Shown piece by piece: positions 26,055 to 41,590 of a stretch of 64,000 bases of DNA (the stretch's first letter is position 1; every line of letters begins with the position of its first letter). The stretch is taken from the NCBI GenBank assembly GCA_951406725.2, contig OX597832.1, positions 62,806,001 through 62,870,000 on the forward strand, written 5' to 3'. The notes under the pieces were generated by a model that was not told where the DNA came from, searched no databases, and saw nothing but the letters and a program-made list of their open reading frames with translations. Made by a program: the position numbers and the translations under genes. The stretch comes from Octopus vulgaris (Eukaryota).

Positions 26055-26945
26055 TCTTTTCTACTTTAGGCGCAAGGGCTAGATCTACCCCAGTACATAA
26101 CCAGTACTTAAGTTATCTACCCCGAAAAGATGAAAGGCAAAGTCGAGCCCGGCGGAATTTGAACTCTGAACATAAAGACAGATTATATACCACTAAGCAT
26201 ACCTATTTCTTTATTACCCACAAGGAGCTAAACACAGAGGGGACAAACAAGGACAGACATAGGTATTAAGTCGATTACATCGACCGCCTTACAATATATA
26301 TATATTCTTTTCTTCTTTAGGCACAAGACCCGAAATTTGGGGGGAGGGGCCAGTCGATTAGATCGACTTCAGTACACAACTGGTACTTTATTTATCGACC
26401 CCGAAAGGATGAAAAGCAAAGTCGACCTCAGTCGAATTTGAAATCAGAACATAAAGACAGACGAAATACCTATTTCTATTTCTTTACTCCTCACAAGGGA
26501 CTAAACACAGAGAGGAAAAACAAGGACAGACAAACGGAATAAGTCGATTATATCGACCCCAGTGCTTAACTGGTACTTAATTTATCGACCCCGAAAGGAT
26601 GAAAGGCAAAGTCGACCTCGGCGGAATTTGAACTCAGAACGTAGCAACAGACGAAATACCACTAAGCATATCGCCTGGCGTGCTAATGTTTCTGCCAGCT
26701 CGCCGCCTTATTATATATATATATAGTATTCTTTTCTACTCTAGGCACAAGGCCCGAAATTTTCGGGGAGGGGGCCAGTCGATTAGATCGACTCCAGTAC
26801 ACAAGTGGTACTTTATTTATCGACCCCGAAAGGATGAAAGGGAAAGTCGACCTCGGCGGAATTTGAACTCAGAACGTAGCAACAGACGAAATACCACTAA
26901 GCATTTCGTCCGGCGTGCTAATGTTTCTGCCAGCTTGCCGCCTTA
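26055..26945 (-). mobile_element. Cluster of SINE A units, including composite units with both tail types
   Basis: Four copies of ccccgaaa(a/g)gatgaaa.g.aaagtcga; two alternating tails. Confidence 0.9.
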
Positions 26946-27672
26946 ATGTTGTTACTATAATGACAAGGGAATTAATCTGGTCCGTCATTACGCAAGTTCT
27001 GTATTGTAGTTAGTGCTATTGCTATATGTAATACAGAGCTGGTATAACTTTTAATTATTGTTGTTGTGCCATTGGTTGTTTTGACCGGGATATTGTTTCA
27101 TAACTATTTATATACGTTTGTATTCATTTCATCACTATTCACGTTTCTATTCCCAATATCACCCAGGGATTAAGTCCATTGATATACCAAGACCGTAGCT
27201 TTGTCTTAACAACTGGTCCGAGTTGTTCGGTTCAATTAGTTCAATCCTCTGAAACCATTTCATTTTGACAATTGACGTCATCATTGCTATTTTGACACCG
27301 ATTTCACTTATCCCTCGGCAGCCATGTTGGTGCATCGCCTTCTAAGATTTTACCGCATTATATTACGCAATCTTCTTAAGTATTTTTAGATCTGACAAAT
27401 ATATTATTGAACTCTTATAGGACGGAAGATGCAAAGGACTTTGATGCAAAAGGACATTACCCGAATGTGGCTAATCCTTGCAATGTGTTAGTGCAGTAAA
27501 TGTTAGTGAAGAACTTTTGTTTGTTTTTTGTAATTGTCATTTGGCTGATTTCCTTTGCTTTTGAAAAACGATCGTTTGAGGCCATTTAAATTGCCACTAG
27601 TACATCCTCCAACAACCACAGAGGTGACTGTTTTGAAACGCAAATAAACAAAGATATTTCAAAAAAGAAAAC

Positions 27673-27870
<198 letters not shown>

Positions 27871-27871
27871 A

Positions 27872-28195
27872 ATTGTTGAGAGGAATTCTTTGGAGTTTGG
27901 ATAATTCACCTCTGGAAACATCGGTGTTTCATTCAACATCCTTAAACAAGCCTTATTCAGGGACCTTTTGAGTGGGATGGGCTACTCAACCCTGTAGAAA
28001 ATTTTAACTGAGCTCCACCTGCAAGGTCATGCGCTATTTGTATTGATATGAGATCATCATGTCGCGCACATATGGTTGTGATGCATGTGCCTGGTGTACC
28101 CTTATCAGACAGGCAGTCATGATAGGTATACTGGGCTTCGTATATTTGTACCCCGGTGTCACTTTGATGATACTCACGGCTCTCTCATTTAGTAA
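27872..28195 (+). mobile_element. 3' end of a non-LTR retroelement in (TAA)n, copy 1
   Basis: Similar to 28498-28812; flanked by (TAA)n and (TAG)n. Confidence 0.65.
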
Positions 28196-28206
28196 TGATA
28201 AAAATC

Positions 28207-28281
<75 letters not shown>

Positions 28282-28283
28282 AT

Positions 28284-28811
28284 ATGCAGTACCAGGCAGT
28301 GGCTCTCGAAGCTTCTGATCTTATTGGAAGTCTTATCATGTACATTATTTCGTATTGGTATAAAAGATGGGTTACAGCAAATATTCTGCTTAATACCACA
28401 GATTTCCTTGTCAGTTGCTTCACCTTAACCCTTAGTGGCTGGTGATATGTGCATCTCTGATCTCGAGCAGAAATAGTGGGGAAGCATCATAGCCGTGTTT
28501 TGAGAGAATATTTTGGGATTTGAATATTTCATCTCTGGAAACATGCGCGTTTCATTCAAATCCTTAAACAAACCTTATTGAGAGACTTTTTGAGCGACAT
28601 GGGCTAATCAACCCTGAAGAAAATTCTAACTGGGCTCCAACTACAAGGTCATGCGCTATTTGTATTGATATGAGATCATCATGTCTTGCACATATGGTTG
28701 TGATGCATGTGCCTGATGTACCCTTATCAGACGAGTAGTCATGATGAGTATACTGGGCCTCGTATATTCTGCCCAAGTGTCGCTTTGATGGCATGCACTG
28801 CTCTCTCACTC

Positions 28812-28812
<1 letters not shown>
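28284..28812 (+). mobile_element. 3' end of the same non-LTR retroelement, longer copy 2
   Basis: Same 3' terminus (ctctctca.t.a.taat) running into (TAA)n, different 5' truncation. Confidence 0.65.
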
Positions 28813-28848
<36 letters not shown>

Positions 28849-29699
28849 TTAATAATAATAATAATAATAACAACAACAACAACAACAATGATAATGATAA
28901 TAATAATAATAATGATAAATTATAATAATTATTTAGCAATAATGATTAATTATAATAATTATTTCGCAATACACACATACATATCGGACAGTTTCAAAAA
29001 GGTGGTATATCGGTTTGTGATAAACAAAATAGGGACTCTTAAAAGAAGCACATTTCAGGAATTAGCTGCGTTCGAGTAATCTCCTTTTGCACCAAAGTCG
29101 TCAGTTCTTTCGTCCTATAATAGTTCGATAATTTGTCAGATAAAAATACTGAAGAAGATTGTGTGATCTAATGGGGTAAAACCTTTGGTGGCGATGCACC
29201 AGCATGGCCGCCGAGAAATAAGTGAAACCGGTGACAAAATAATAAGGACGACGTCAATTTTTTATATTAAATGGTTTCAGGAAACTAAATCTGCCGGGGA
29301 AATTAGAAAGAAAAAGAGACCGTGGAACATTGGGTTACTCTAAAAACGAATAAGAATCTGGAAGTGGCCCCTGAAGAGACGCCTATCTACCTGGCGCATA
29401 CAGACTGCAGGGTTATCTGAAATGATAATCGGGACTTTAATGGAACTATAAGTGAAGGAGCGGAGTTTAGTAGTAAGGGTCGTAAGATTATGGTTTCGGT
29501 CTCGAACTGAGCAATGCCTTTTGTCCTTGAGCAAAACACCTAATTTTCTGTTGCTTCAGTCCACCCAACCGTAAGCGAGTTCCAGCAATAGCTGGGGAGT
29601 TAACACTTCGACGAACACGCGTCTCATTCAGGTGTATGTTGTAATTTCAGTCACTTAAACGCTATAGAAACGGGTTTAAACTGCGACCTTATGAGTTTA

Positions 29700-29831
29700 C
29701 TTCTTACTTCTAATAATAGCGGTTCTGTCGCATTTTTACATACCATGCTATGTTGTTTTCTCTGCTCTAATGCTGTGTTCGCATCCAATCAGTCCTCTTC
29801 CCCCTCTTTTCTTGGTACATACCAGAACATA

Positions 29832-29833
<2 letters not shown>
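29700..29833 (-). mobile_element. R4/Dong-like RT thumb fragment
   Basis: Frameshifted YVPRKEGGRGLIGCEHSIRAE..NIAWYVKNATEPLLLEVR next to (TTA)n. Confidence 0.65.
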
Positions 29834-29875
<42 letters not shown>

Positions 29876-29878
29876 GCT

Positions 29879-30090
29879 AAGACGGTGAGCTAGCAGAATC
29901 GTTAGCACACTGGACAAAATGCTCAGTGGTATTTCGTCTGCCGTTACGTTCTGAGTTCACATTTCACTGAGGTCAACTTTGCCTTTCATCCATTCGGGGT
30001 CAATAAATTAAGAACCAGTCAGGTACTGGGGCCGATGTAATCGACTTGCCCCTCCCAACAAATTCCAGGCCTTGTGCCTTTAATAGAAAG
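29879..30090 (+). mobile_element. SINE family A
   Basis: Full head, central domain and tail between (TTA)n tracts. Confidence 0.88.
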
Positions 30091-30134
30091 TATTATTATT
30101 ATTATTATTATTATTGTTGTTGTTGTTGTTGTTG

Positions 30135-30569
30135 TTTTGCCTTTGCACAGCTTCTAACGCTGGAGATGTACTACGGTGTTAGCTGTTCACTTCCAGTGAA
30201 CTAAGGTAACACCTCTTATTTTTCGAGCACCTTCCGAAGTATTCTAGCGGTTCCAAGCAGTGCTGTTTCCTGCAAGTGCTCCACCCTTATTGCAACCCTT
30301 ATTTGTTCCACGTACTTCTCGAGAGTTTTGCTCACTGTTCCCAGGGCTCCGACAATTATTGGTACTACTACCACCATTTTCATCGACCACAACTGCTTAA
30401 CCTCCCAAGCTAACCTGTCATGTCTCTCGGCTTTTCTTTCTTCCTTATCGTATACCTTATTGCCAGCTGGGCATGCTATGTCTATGATCCAGCATAGTTT
30501 GTTTTCTTTCTCAATTAAGACTATGTCTGGCTTCCTATTCTCAATCTCATGGTCGCACTGAATCATAAA

Positions 30570-30570
<1 letters not shown>
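30135..30570 (-). mobile_element. 5'-truncated R4/Dong-clade non-LTR retrotransposon (REL endonuclease C-terminus 30216-30566 plus 3'UTR)
   Basis: RKPDIVLIEK..WIIDIACP..VVVVPIIVGALG..LQETALLGTARILRKVL is a PD-(D/E)XK REL domain; lies in (TAA/CAA)n, and Dong elements are known to target (TAA)n. Confidence 0.88.
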
Positions 30571-30610
<40 letters not shown>

Positions 30611-31964
30611 TGAATGTCTACCTTGTAACAGAGCTAGACAATGTGGTCAATTTTGTTATTAATATTTTCCTTTATATTTTACGGTCAAAGTTATACATAT
30701 ACCGCCCCCAAAGGAAATTAGATTGCATAAACCCGAAATATGATTAAAACAAAATAACATATAACAAAATAAAAGAGAAAATAAATATATTGAATACACG
30801 AAAAACAATTTGCTGAAAATGAAAACAATAAATATTTCGAGAGGAAAAAGTCAGCATAAGTGTTGTAACCAATAACCAAGTGTTTTGGCTTAAATTTATG
30901 GTTTTGTGCCTTTGTAAAGGCGTCAGGGCACCGGACAAAGTGCATTGGTATATTTGCTATTTATTCTCAGTTCAAATGCCGCTAAATTAAGCTTTAATTC
31001 ACATTCTTCAGGGCTTGATAAAATAAAGAAATGAAGGGAAATAAAATGAAGAGAAATAACCCAGAATTCGCGATACACAGATATTGTTTTGAGCTGAGTG
31101 GGGGTGCTAGATTCCCTTGTTCGAAAATATAAGGATACAGATCGTGTCGTATAGCCAGAGACGATATCTCCTGGGGCTAAATTACAGCAACATTAGTCCT
31201 AAACCAGGACTGCCATGTTATGTTGGCAAATGATCTTTACTACAAAATACTGTTGCTGAATATCTCACGTTGTGAGATTTTAAAATAGTAATTTTCTAAA
31301 ATAAAGAAAGAAGTCAAATTCTGGAATTGATTTACCCGTCTAAGGTCTCGCCCCCAAAATCTTTACGCTTCTGGTTGAGTTAGAAAAAGCCATTATTGCT
31401 GGTTGTATGATATATAAATTGTGATATCAACGAAGGGCTATATGATTTGGTGGGAGTTCAAATCCCACCAAAGTTAACGTTTAACTTACATCATTTCAAT
31501 ATTCATAAAAATGAAATACCAGTTAAAACCTAGGGCTTGAAGCTGATCGAATCTTATTTCAAGAATCTCTAGGCTTGTGTCTACGTTTAAAAAAATGTTA
31601 TTATTGCATGTTATGAGTTAAAGTCTAAGTAGTGTCTCAAATCCTCGGATTCTTAGGTCCAGTTCTCCGGTCTCCATGGAATACATAATTGACCAATTTC
31701 CCCCCACCCCTCGAAAGGGACGTTCGTCCGTCACAGAGTTCCACATTTACAGCTGAGTGAACCGGAGCAATGTGAAATGAAGTATTGTGCTCAAGAACGC
31801 AATGCACAGCCTGGTCCGAGTAACGAAACTTCGATCTTGCGATCATGAGTACAACAGCCTAACCAGGTGACCGTGTGCCTTCGCTGCCGTATCAACGTAG
31901 AGTTATTTAATTACGTTCTGAGTTCAAATCCTGTTAAGGTTAATTTTATTGTTTTATTCTTTTC

Positions 31965-32325
31965 TTTTACTTGTTTCAGTTATTTGCTTGTGACCATGCT
32001 GAAGCACCGCATTGAAGGCGGTTAGTCGAACAAATCGACTTCAGGACTAATGTTTAAAGCCTAGTACTTATTCTAGGTTACGGGACGGAAACACACCAAC
32101 GCCGGTTGTCAAGCGGTGATGGGGGACAAACACAGACACAAAGACACACGCACACACACACACAGGTATATACCTGTATACATATACAGCGGATTTCTTT
32201 CATTTTCTGTCTACCAAATCCACTCACAAGACTTTGGTTGGCCGGAGGTTATAGTAGAAGAGAAGACAGTTCCCCAAGGACGGAACCCAGAACCATGTGG
32301 TTGGGAAGCAAGCTTCTTACCACAC
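31965..32325 (-). mobile_element. SINE family B nested in a SINE A remnant
   Basis: Similarity to 7108-7525. Confidence 0.8.
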
Positions 32326-32717
32326 AGTCGTCTTTCATTCTTTCCAGATTAATAAAATAAATGAACTAATCAAAAATTGGGGTCGATTTAATTGACTAAT
32401 TCGATCCCTGACACCCAAACCACAAATTTCTGGCCTTGTGCCTATGACAGAAACATTATTATTCTTAATTATAAGATGGCTGAAGAGTAGAATCGGTAGA
32501 GCGTTATATAGTTACGTTGTGAGTTCAAATCCTGTCGAATCTACATTGCCTTTCATCTTCCAAAGATCGATAATATAAGTACAAGTTATACACTGTGATC
32601 GATTTAATCGACTGAATCATCATCATTGTCCAGCCACCACCCTTGCACCACCACATTGTCGCACACATATTCAAACACACGCACACAAACACACACACAC
32701 ATATATTTGTGCGTCTG

Positions 32718-32781
<64 letters not shown>

Positions 32782-33219
32782 TGTACTTGCATATATGTGT
32801 GTGTGCGTGAAAATATATATCTACACACATATGCTCATACACGTATATGCATACATGAATGTATGTATGTACGTATATATATTGATATATATCTTTATAT
32901 ATATGTATATATATATTATATGATATATGTATATATGTATAATAGATATAAAATATATATATACACACATACATATACACACATATATATATTTATGTAT
33001 GTACGTATGTATATAGATGTCTCCACCCCTTCACGAAACTTAACTTGTGACTACACTTCTTTCCTCCTCCCTCAACACTTTTTCAACTTTTCCCCGTTTT
33101 TCTACTTCTTTTCCTTTTCTATTTATTTCCTGTGTTTATGTTCTTTCTTTTCTTCTTTTTTGTTTTGCCTCACCTCTATGCGTCTCTCTCTCTCTCTCTT
33201 TTCTCAATCTGCTCCACCT

Positions 33220-33257
<38 letters not shown>

Positions 33258-33569
33258 TTCCATTTCTAACGTCCATAGTCTTCACTAACTCAAACCCCCA
33301 CTCCAGCCACGCCCAACCACCTCTACTACTACTTTGCCAAAGTCACCACACTGCCCCCTTAACTAACCAACACCACCCCTCCTCCCCCCTCACGTCAAAC
33401 TGCCAGTAATTACAAAAGCCTTTGATGTAGGTAACCATTATTAGTGATCTGCGTTTTAGGTAAAAACGTAAGAGGTGGGAGCCATGTGTGGCGGGGGAAG
33501 GTTTCGAATCGTATGACTGAGTGATCAAATACCTTCTGATGTCCACACACCCCTCCAAATACACCTTTC

Positions 33570-33604
<35 letters not shown>

Positions 33605-33753
33605 CTTTTCTGTCTACCTCTCGTTCTATATCACGCTCATTGTCCTTTCCTCTCTCTCCCATTCCTTCCCTCCGGCTCCCTATACACACACACACACACA
33701 CACACACATATATGTATGCGTGTATGTAAGCGTATATATATATATACATATAC

Positions 33754-33807
<54 letters not shown>

Positions 33808-34559
33808 GTATGTGTATATATATATACACACATATATATATATATGTATCTTGCGGTAACTATCTATCTATCTATCTATCTATCTATATCTATATATATA
33901 TATATATATATATAATTATGTGTGTGTGTGTGTGTGTGCATACGCACGTATATATGTGTATACATATATTTGTTTGCACGTGTCCGTGCGTCTGCGCGTG
34001 TGTCTGTGTCTGTGTGTTTATGTGTGTGCGTGTGTGTGTGTGTGTGTCCTATCTCACTTGGTGTCCAGATGTAAGATAAACTTTATCTGCAAAAACTCAC
34101 AAACCCACCTACCCTGCTAAAATACCCACACACGACACACCTCTATGACACCACACCCACCAACACCAGACACACCACACACTTATATTCGCGCGCACTT
34201 CCCACCGCCTTCTAATTAGCATGGCCCCACCTCCCACTCTTAATCTCCCTCCTATTCTTATCCTCACACTCCTCTCTACTCTTGCTACCCCTCAAACTAT
34301 TAGTCTTCCTCGTATATACCTTCTCTCCTTCCTCCTTCTTTCACTCCTGCTCCTTTTCACCCTCTTCCTCCACTACACCAGGAGATCGATTTTACCAATA
34401 CAATATCACGAGAGCCAAAAAAACACAACAACAAAACAAAATAAGCAAGTCTTTTAATTCCCATCTCTACACCATCGCAGTTCCACTTCACCCCCCACGC
34501 CTAACCCCGCCCTTAATGTCACCCCCACTCACACCCCCATCGAAATTACCATCACGAGT

Positions 34560-34644
34560 AACGCCATCACCACCACCACCACCACCACCACAATCATTAC
34601 TACCATGTACAACGACGCCATTACTGTTGCTCCTCCTCCTCCTC

Positions 34645-34715
<71 letters not shown>

Positions 34716-35480
34716 GCGACTACCTTCATTGGCAACATCGTCATCGCCGTCGGCGTCGTCGTCATCGTCGTCGTTGTCGTAAAGATGATGGCACCGTCGC
34801 CATCATCAGCAGTAAAAGCAGAGGCAACAGCAACACTATCATCGTCATCGTGGTCGTCATCACCGTCGACATTATCGTGTCCTCATCGTCATCACCGCGA
34901 CAATCGTCATACCATCGTCGTTGTCGTTGTCGCCATCACCATCATCAGTGTCGCCGTCGTCATCATCATTCCCCATCATCATCATCAGCAGCAGCATCAT
35001 CATCACCATCATCGTCGTCGTCGTCATCATCATTCACCATCATCATCAGCAGCAGCATCAGTCATCGTCATCATCATCATCACCATCATCGTCGTCGTCG
35101 TCATCATCATTCACCATCATCATCATCATCGTCATCATCATTCACCATCATCATCATCATCGTCATCATCATCATCGTCATCATCATTCACCATCATCAT
35201 GATCATCATATTCGTCATCATCATCACCATCATCGTCATCATCATCATCACCATCATCGACATCATCATCATCATCGTCGTCATCGTCGTCGTCATCATC
35301 ATTCACCATCATCATCATCCCCATCATGGTCATCATCATCGTCATCATCATTCACCATCATCATCCTCACCATCATCGTCATCATCATCATCATCATCAC
35401 TATCATCGTCATCATCATCGTCATCATCACCATCATCGTCGTCATCATTCACCATCATCATCATCATCATCATCAACCGC
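34560..35480. repeat. Compound trinucleotide tract (CCA/CTA/TAA/CAT/CGT) with recurring catcattcaccatcatc motif
   Basis: Direct reading; the poly-His/Ser/Ile ORFs are by-products. Confidence 0.9.
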
Positions 35481-36129
35481 AGTATCAAATCCTGATCAAA
35501 TCCCTAGTGTAATCAAATTATCCTCTTGTTCTCCAAATCTCCCCCATCTACACACACCCACCTCAACACTACTACCAATATGGCTCTCACTATCACCACC
35601 AACCTAGTCCTCACTTTCACCAGCGCAACCACCACCTCCGAAGAGGGCACATAGTCCAGTGCTTAGGGCGTTGCGCTCATGGTAGCAAGATCGTGATACC
35701 ATTTCATGGGCTCCGTGGCACAAAGTATTCTTCACCAAAACAGTTAACCCTACGTTGCTCCGCAATCACTTCAACAGGTGACATGTGGCGCACCGTGCCC
35801 CTGTATAGTTAATGGTGTCTTTATGTAGGGTTCAGCAGAACCATTTGATCATTATAAACAAATTGTTTTTGTGTGTTGTTTTTGCAAGAAATAGCAAGGA
35901 GGCCGAAATCCACTGGCAGAGAGAACAGAATGGTCAAACGCAACGGTAAATATCGGTGACATTCGAACGTAAGGAACGCGATGGGTGAACGTAATAACTT
36001 TTGTCCGGTGGTCTACCGATTCTGGTGAAATATTCACAAAACAGTGTTGCCCCTTTGCTTCCACCGACAAATGTTAATACCTTAGGATACATATCTAACT
36101 AAATTTTATAATCAAATTGATAGAACCAT

Positions 36130-36210
<81 letters not shown>

Positions 36211-37759
36211 ACAAACAAGGGCAAAAAAATAGATTTCTATGCCAATATGCTGAGAATAGACTTTAAATCGTCAATCATCACATTACAATATACATTCACC
36301 ATAAATACACGTCGTATATTTTCATTCTTAACATATTCTAAAAGATTCGAGCATGAATATCTGATTCCTGCTGTTTTCCGTCATCAAGGAAGACGTCTAG
36401 AAGATGTGCGTTCATAACGGACGCTCCACATGTAAGTAGGTGGGGAGGATTTTACACACAACGGGGTTTCGAAATCACTGTGTATCTCCCCAGTCAAAAT
36501 TACTTAAAGGGAGCAACGAATCTAACAAAAAGCACGAACTACTCTTTATAGAAATCAGTAAACAATTTATTTGCTGATACGCTCCGGTGTTTGCCAAACA
36601 GATAAGATTTTATGGGGTCCATACAGAACAGCGAGAATCCAGGCATTCTTTCGCAACTGTTGCCATAGTATCAAAGATAATGGTCTGCTAGTGGGTGACC
36701 CCCTTAATTGTCAGCTAAAATCTTGTTTTAAGTTTTACTTTACCAAACCTCATGATATTGCTTCTAATAAATCTTGATTTTTATACCAACTATGATGTCT
36801 GTCTACTCCCTCAGCCCTACCCCAAACAGATACTGCCTTCTGTTGTCTCAGCTTTCGATATACAAGGGATTTGATAAAATAGTCTATAAATTAAAACTGA
36901 CCCCATAAAAAACAAAATAATCAGTGACAAGCAGAGTATGTAACAATGTATATCTTCTTGAAAAGTTTAGTATTTTCTATGCTGGAGTGAGACAGCATGT
37001 TCTTTGTCTGTCTCCTTAACTTCTTGGATATTTTAGGTATAATTATACTAATGTGTCCAACTGTTCTAATTTAATTAAATTCTATGTCTTTCTGCAGTTG
37101 AGGATTGCTCTGCATTTTAAATTGATGTAATGATTGCATTGTTGAATGAAATGGAGTTACATGAAACGATCGTACTGCATTACCTCTGGATATCCTTATT
37201 ACTTATTTTGATTTTTAATCACCTTGCTTTGAAATTGTATGGATGTTACCGTGCAGAATTCTGGTGCCTCAAATTAAGTACCATATTCATATGAATCTAC
37301 ATATGTATGTATGGGTATGAATGTGTGTGTGTGAGTGTGTGAGTGTGCGCGCGCGCGTGTGTGTGAGTATATGCCGGTTGGTCAACCACAAGCCATAGGC
37401 AGCCATTGTTGGCGTGTTTACATCCGCGTAACTAGGCGGATCGGCAAAAAGCGAGTGATAGGAGGAAACGCTTAAATATTTTTTTAAAGTACTGGGGGCA
37501 ATTCATTCGACTAAAGTTCTTCAACACGGTGCCCCAGCATGACCCCAGGCTAATGACTAAAACAAGTAAAATAATAATAATAATATTAATTAGGAAAATC
37601 TACTGTAAAGATGATAACGAACTATACACATATACATACACAAAAACATACACATGTATATATATATATATATATATTCATATGCATATATATATACTTG
37701 TGTATGGATGTATACGTACATCTGCATATATATTGCATATATACATATGCATCTATATT

Positions 37760-37792
<33 letters not shown>

Positions 37793-37915
37793 GTATATAT
37801 ATGTGTGTATATATATGTACGTGTGTGTATATGTATGTATATATGTATGTAGTAAAGTATATCTCTTACTGAGAGCTTTAAAACAAGTTGTTTCACATAT
37901 ATATACATATGCATA

Positions 37916-37978
<63 letters not shown>

Positions 37979-38028
37979 TATATATATATTTATATATAAG
38001 TGTATAAATACACATATATATATATACC

Positions 38029-38073
<45 letters not shown>

Positions 38074-38265
38074 GCATATGTATATATATATATGTGTGTG
38101 TGTATATATTTATATGTATATATATATGTATATCTATGCATGTATATATGCATATACATAGATAGATATATATATATATATACTTACATACATATATATT
38201 TATATATATATACATACATAATTGTATATATATATATTAAATATATATATATACATATATATATA

Positions 38266-38329
<64 letters not shown>

Positions 38330-38452
38330 GTATGTATAATATATATTTCTATATACACTCACACACATATATACATTGATATATTTACACATATATATGG
38401 TCACATATATATATATCTAACAATATATATATATGTACATATATATATATTG

Positions 38453-38537
<85 letters not shown>

Positions 38538-39030
38538 CTCGTTATCATCTTTACAGTAGATTTCACTGAATAATATTTCCTACGTGATATACTACAACAA
38601 AATACTAAGACAGATGTTTTTTGTTTTTTTAAATATGAAATCAGAGACTTTCGTTTCTGAGGCTTTAGTTTTTCGTTTTAAATATAAAAACGTTGCGTTT
38701 GTTTCTCTTTATGTTCAGTTTTGAGTGTTTTACATCTTCGCAACTTTTGTTATATATATTCTTTTTTCAATCTTTCCTTTTTTTTATTTGGTAGCTTAAA
38801 ACTAGAGTCTTTTTTAGTATATAATGTCAAATTAATGGTGTCTGACTAAAGTTTACACGGAGACTATGTCGTTACAAAATCCATTGTTATGGTTACTATT
38901 CATTGTTATGTATATTCACATTAAGAAATAAATATGTACATATAAAAATGTATGTTCTTATATACATATATATATATATATATATATTTATATAGAAATA
39001 TATATATTATACATATGTATATATACATTA

Positions 39031-39068
<38 letters not shown>

Positions 39069-39312
39069 ATATGTGATCATATATATGTGTAAATATGATC
39101 ATATATATGTGTAAATATATCAATGTATATATATGTGTGTATAGAAATATATATTATATATATATAAATATATAATTATTATATATATAAATATAATATA
39201 TCTCATACATATATGAATATATATATACATATAAACATATCCATATGTGTCCATATATATGTTTACATATATATATATGTGTCTGTGTATCTGTAGTTGT
39301 GTATTCATATAT

Positions 39313-39367
<55 letters not shown>

Positions 39368-39377
39368 ATAAATATAT

Positions 39378-39428
<51 letters not shown>

Positions 39429-39959
39429 GTATATTCATATATATGTCTACGTATATATATATGTGTGTGTGTGTTTTTGTGACTCTGTGTGTGCAAGTTA
39501 GTGCATGGTATGTATACATAAGCGAGCATATATATATTATATTAATATATATTTACGTATATTTGTAGGCCTACATGTGTATATATGTGTATAAATTGTT
39601 AGTTTATGGAAATTTCTTTTACCGATTTTTTTAGAAGTGTTCCCGCTCGTTATGCATTACTCTGGATACAGAAGACAGAAATTGCTTCTAAAGTTTCATG
39701 CAGATTCATGCGGATTGTACACAAGAAGTATACACCATTAAGCTTACATTAGCATATCAAGCTGAGAGCCAATATGATTTCTTGGAAACAATATTGAACT
39801 GAATGCGTGATAGATTTTTAACAATATTTCGCTTCGATTAATGGTTGATTATTATCTATAGAGAGAGGAAGGGAGATTTGTTCTCAAATTGATCATCTGT
39901 TGAAACAGCCGAAATTAGACACTTTCTTACTAAAAAATATTGATTCACCATAACTGAAG

Positions 39960-40019
<60 letters not shown>

Positions 40020-40435
40020 ATCATGCTGGAGCACCGCCTTTAGTCGAAAAATCAACCGAAGGACATATTCTTTGCAAGCCTAGTACTTATTCTATCGGTC
40101 TCTTCTGCCGAACCGCTAATTCACGGGGACGTAAACACACCGACATCGGTTGTCAAGCGATGGTGGGAGGGACAAACACCAAATCGCAAACATATACACT
40201 ATCTCTCCCTCTCTTTCTCTCCCTCTCTCTCTCTCCCTCTCACACACACACACACACACACACACCCGCACACAGACACACACTCACATATATATATACG
40301 ACGGTATCTTTCAGTTTTCATCTACCAAATTTATTCACAAGGCCTTGCTTGGCTCGAGGCTATAGTAGAAGACACTGAACCTGGAACCATGTGGTTGGTA
40401 AGCATGCTTCTGACCATCCAGCCGCTCCTGCGCCT
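40020..40435 (-). mobile_element. SINE family B with a small internal deletion
   Basis: agaagacact joined to gaacc. Confidence 0.85.
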
Positions 40436-40460
40436 ATATAAATATATAATATATAATATA

Positions 40461-40594
<134 letters not shown>

Positions 40595-40922
40595 TATATA
40601 TATACATATATATATATACAGGTAGATAGATAGATATAAACAGATACACATATAAGCATTAAAATGTGGAATTGTCGATGATCTTACTATGCCTGCTGCC
40701 GTAAGGGGTTTACCTCCCTTGGCAGTTATTAAGATAGTCCTTCCGTGGCTTTTGAGTTATTCTGACTCTTATTTCTAGCAACACTGTTGCTGAATAGTGA
40801 CCTTTGTTACTTCAGTAAAATCTATATTTCTACCTTTATATTGTAAAATAGTGAATAAGACACCAATATTATTTATGGATTAAAGGATCCTACATAACGG
40901 GACTTTTCTTAGAGTGTCTTTT

Positions 40923-40960
40923 TTCTCTGAAGATGGGATCTTGAACCCGAAATATAAAAG
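40923..40960 (+). ncRNA. Minimal HHR-like motif, stem I imperfect
   Basis: CUGAAGA-u-ggg aucuugaa ccc-GAAA-UA-UA/aaag. Confidence 0.5.
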
Positions 40961-41066
40961 TTTTATTAAATCGTCTGGATCCGTCTACTGTCTCTCTTTT
41001 TACATTCTTTTATATTGCTGTGCTTCAAGCAAACTACAACGCTCTTATATATGTATACATGCACAC

Positions 41067-41106
<40 letters not shown>

Positions 41107-41559
41107 ACACACACATATATGTATATATCTACATATATATAGAGAGAGATAGATGGATAGAGAGAGACAGTGACAGAGACAGACAAACAGAGGCTCACTC
41201 ATATGTCTACATACACACTGGATATGAATAGGTCTACTTTATATACATCATAAAATCCAATATGCATGTTATGCACGTATATTTACGTATGTATCTCATC
41301 TTAACCGTATAAAGTATCTCACCAAATGCTTCCGAAAGATTTGTTGACGCCAGTAAAGTAGCGGTTGAACCCGAAGGCTTAGAAACCGCGTAACTTTAGA
41401 GAGATGGCCGATGATTTTCGTTTATTTTGCGTTTATGCTGTGATTTGTGTACATAAACGTATGTGAATCTTCCTCGCTTCTACATACACATAAGCACATG
41501 CACACACGCACACATACGCATACCTACACACAAACATATATATACATATATATATTGTG

Positions 41560-41590
<31 letters not shown>

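Noticed and set aside
34605-35512. 296-aa and 220-aa His/Ser/Ile-rich proteins
   Set aside because: Trinucleotide repeat open in several frames; no supporting gene structure
36340-36395. Degenerate minus-strand HHR (UUGAUGA..GAAU) in an insert after (TA)n
   Set aside because: Too many core deviations to support
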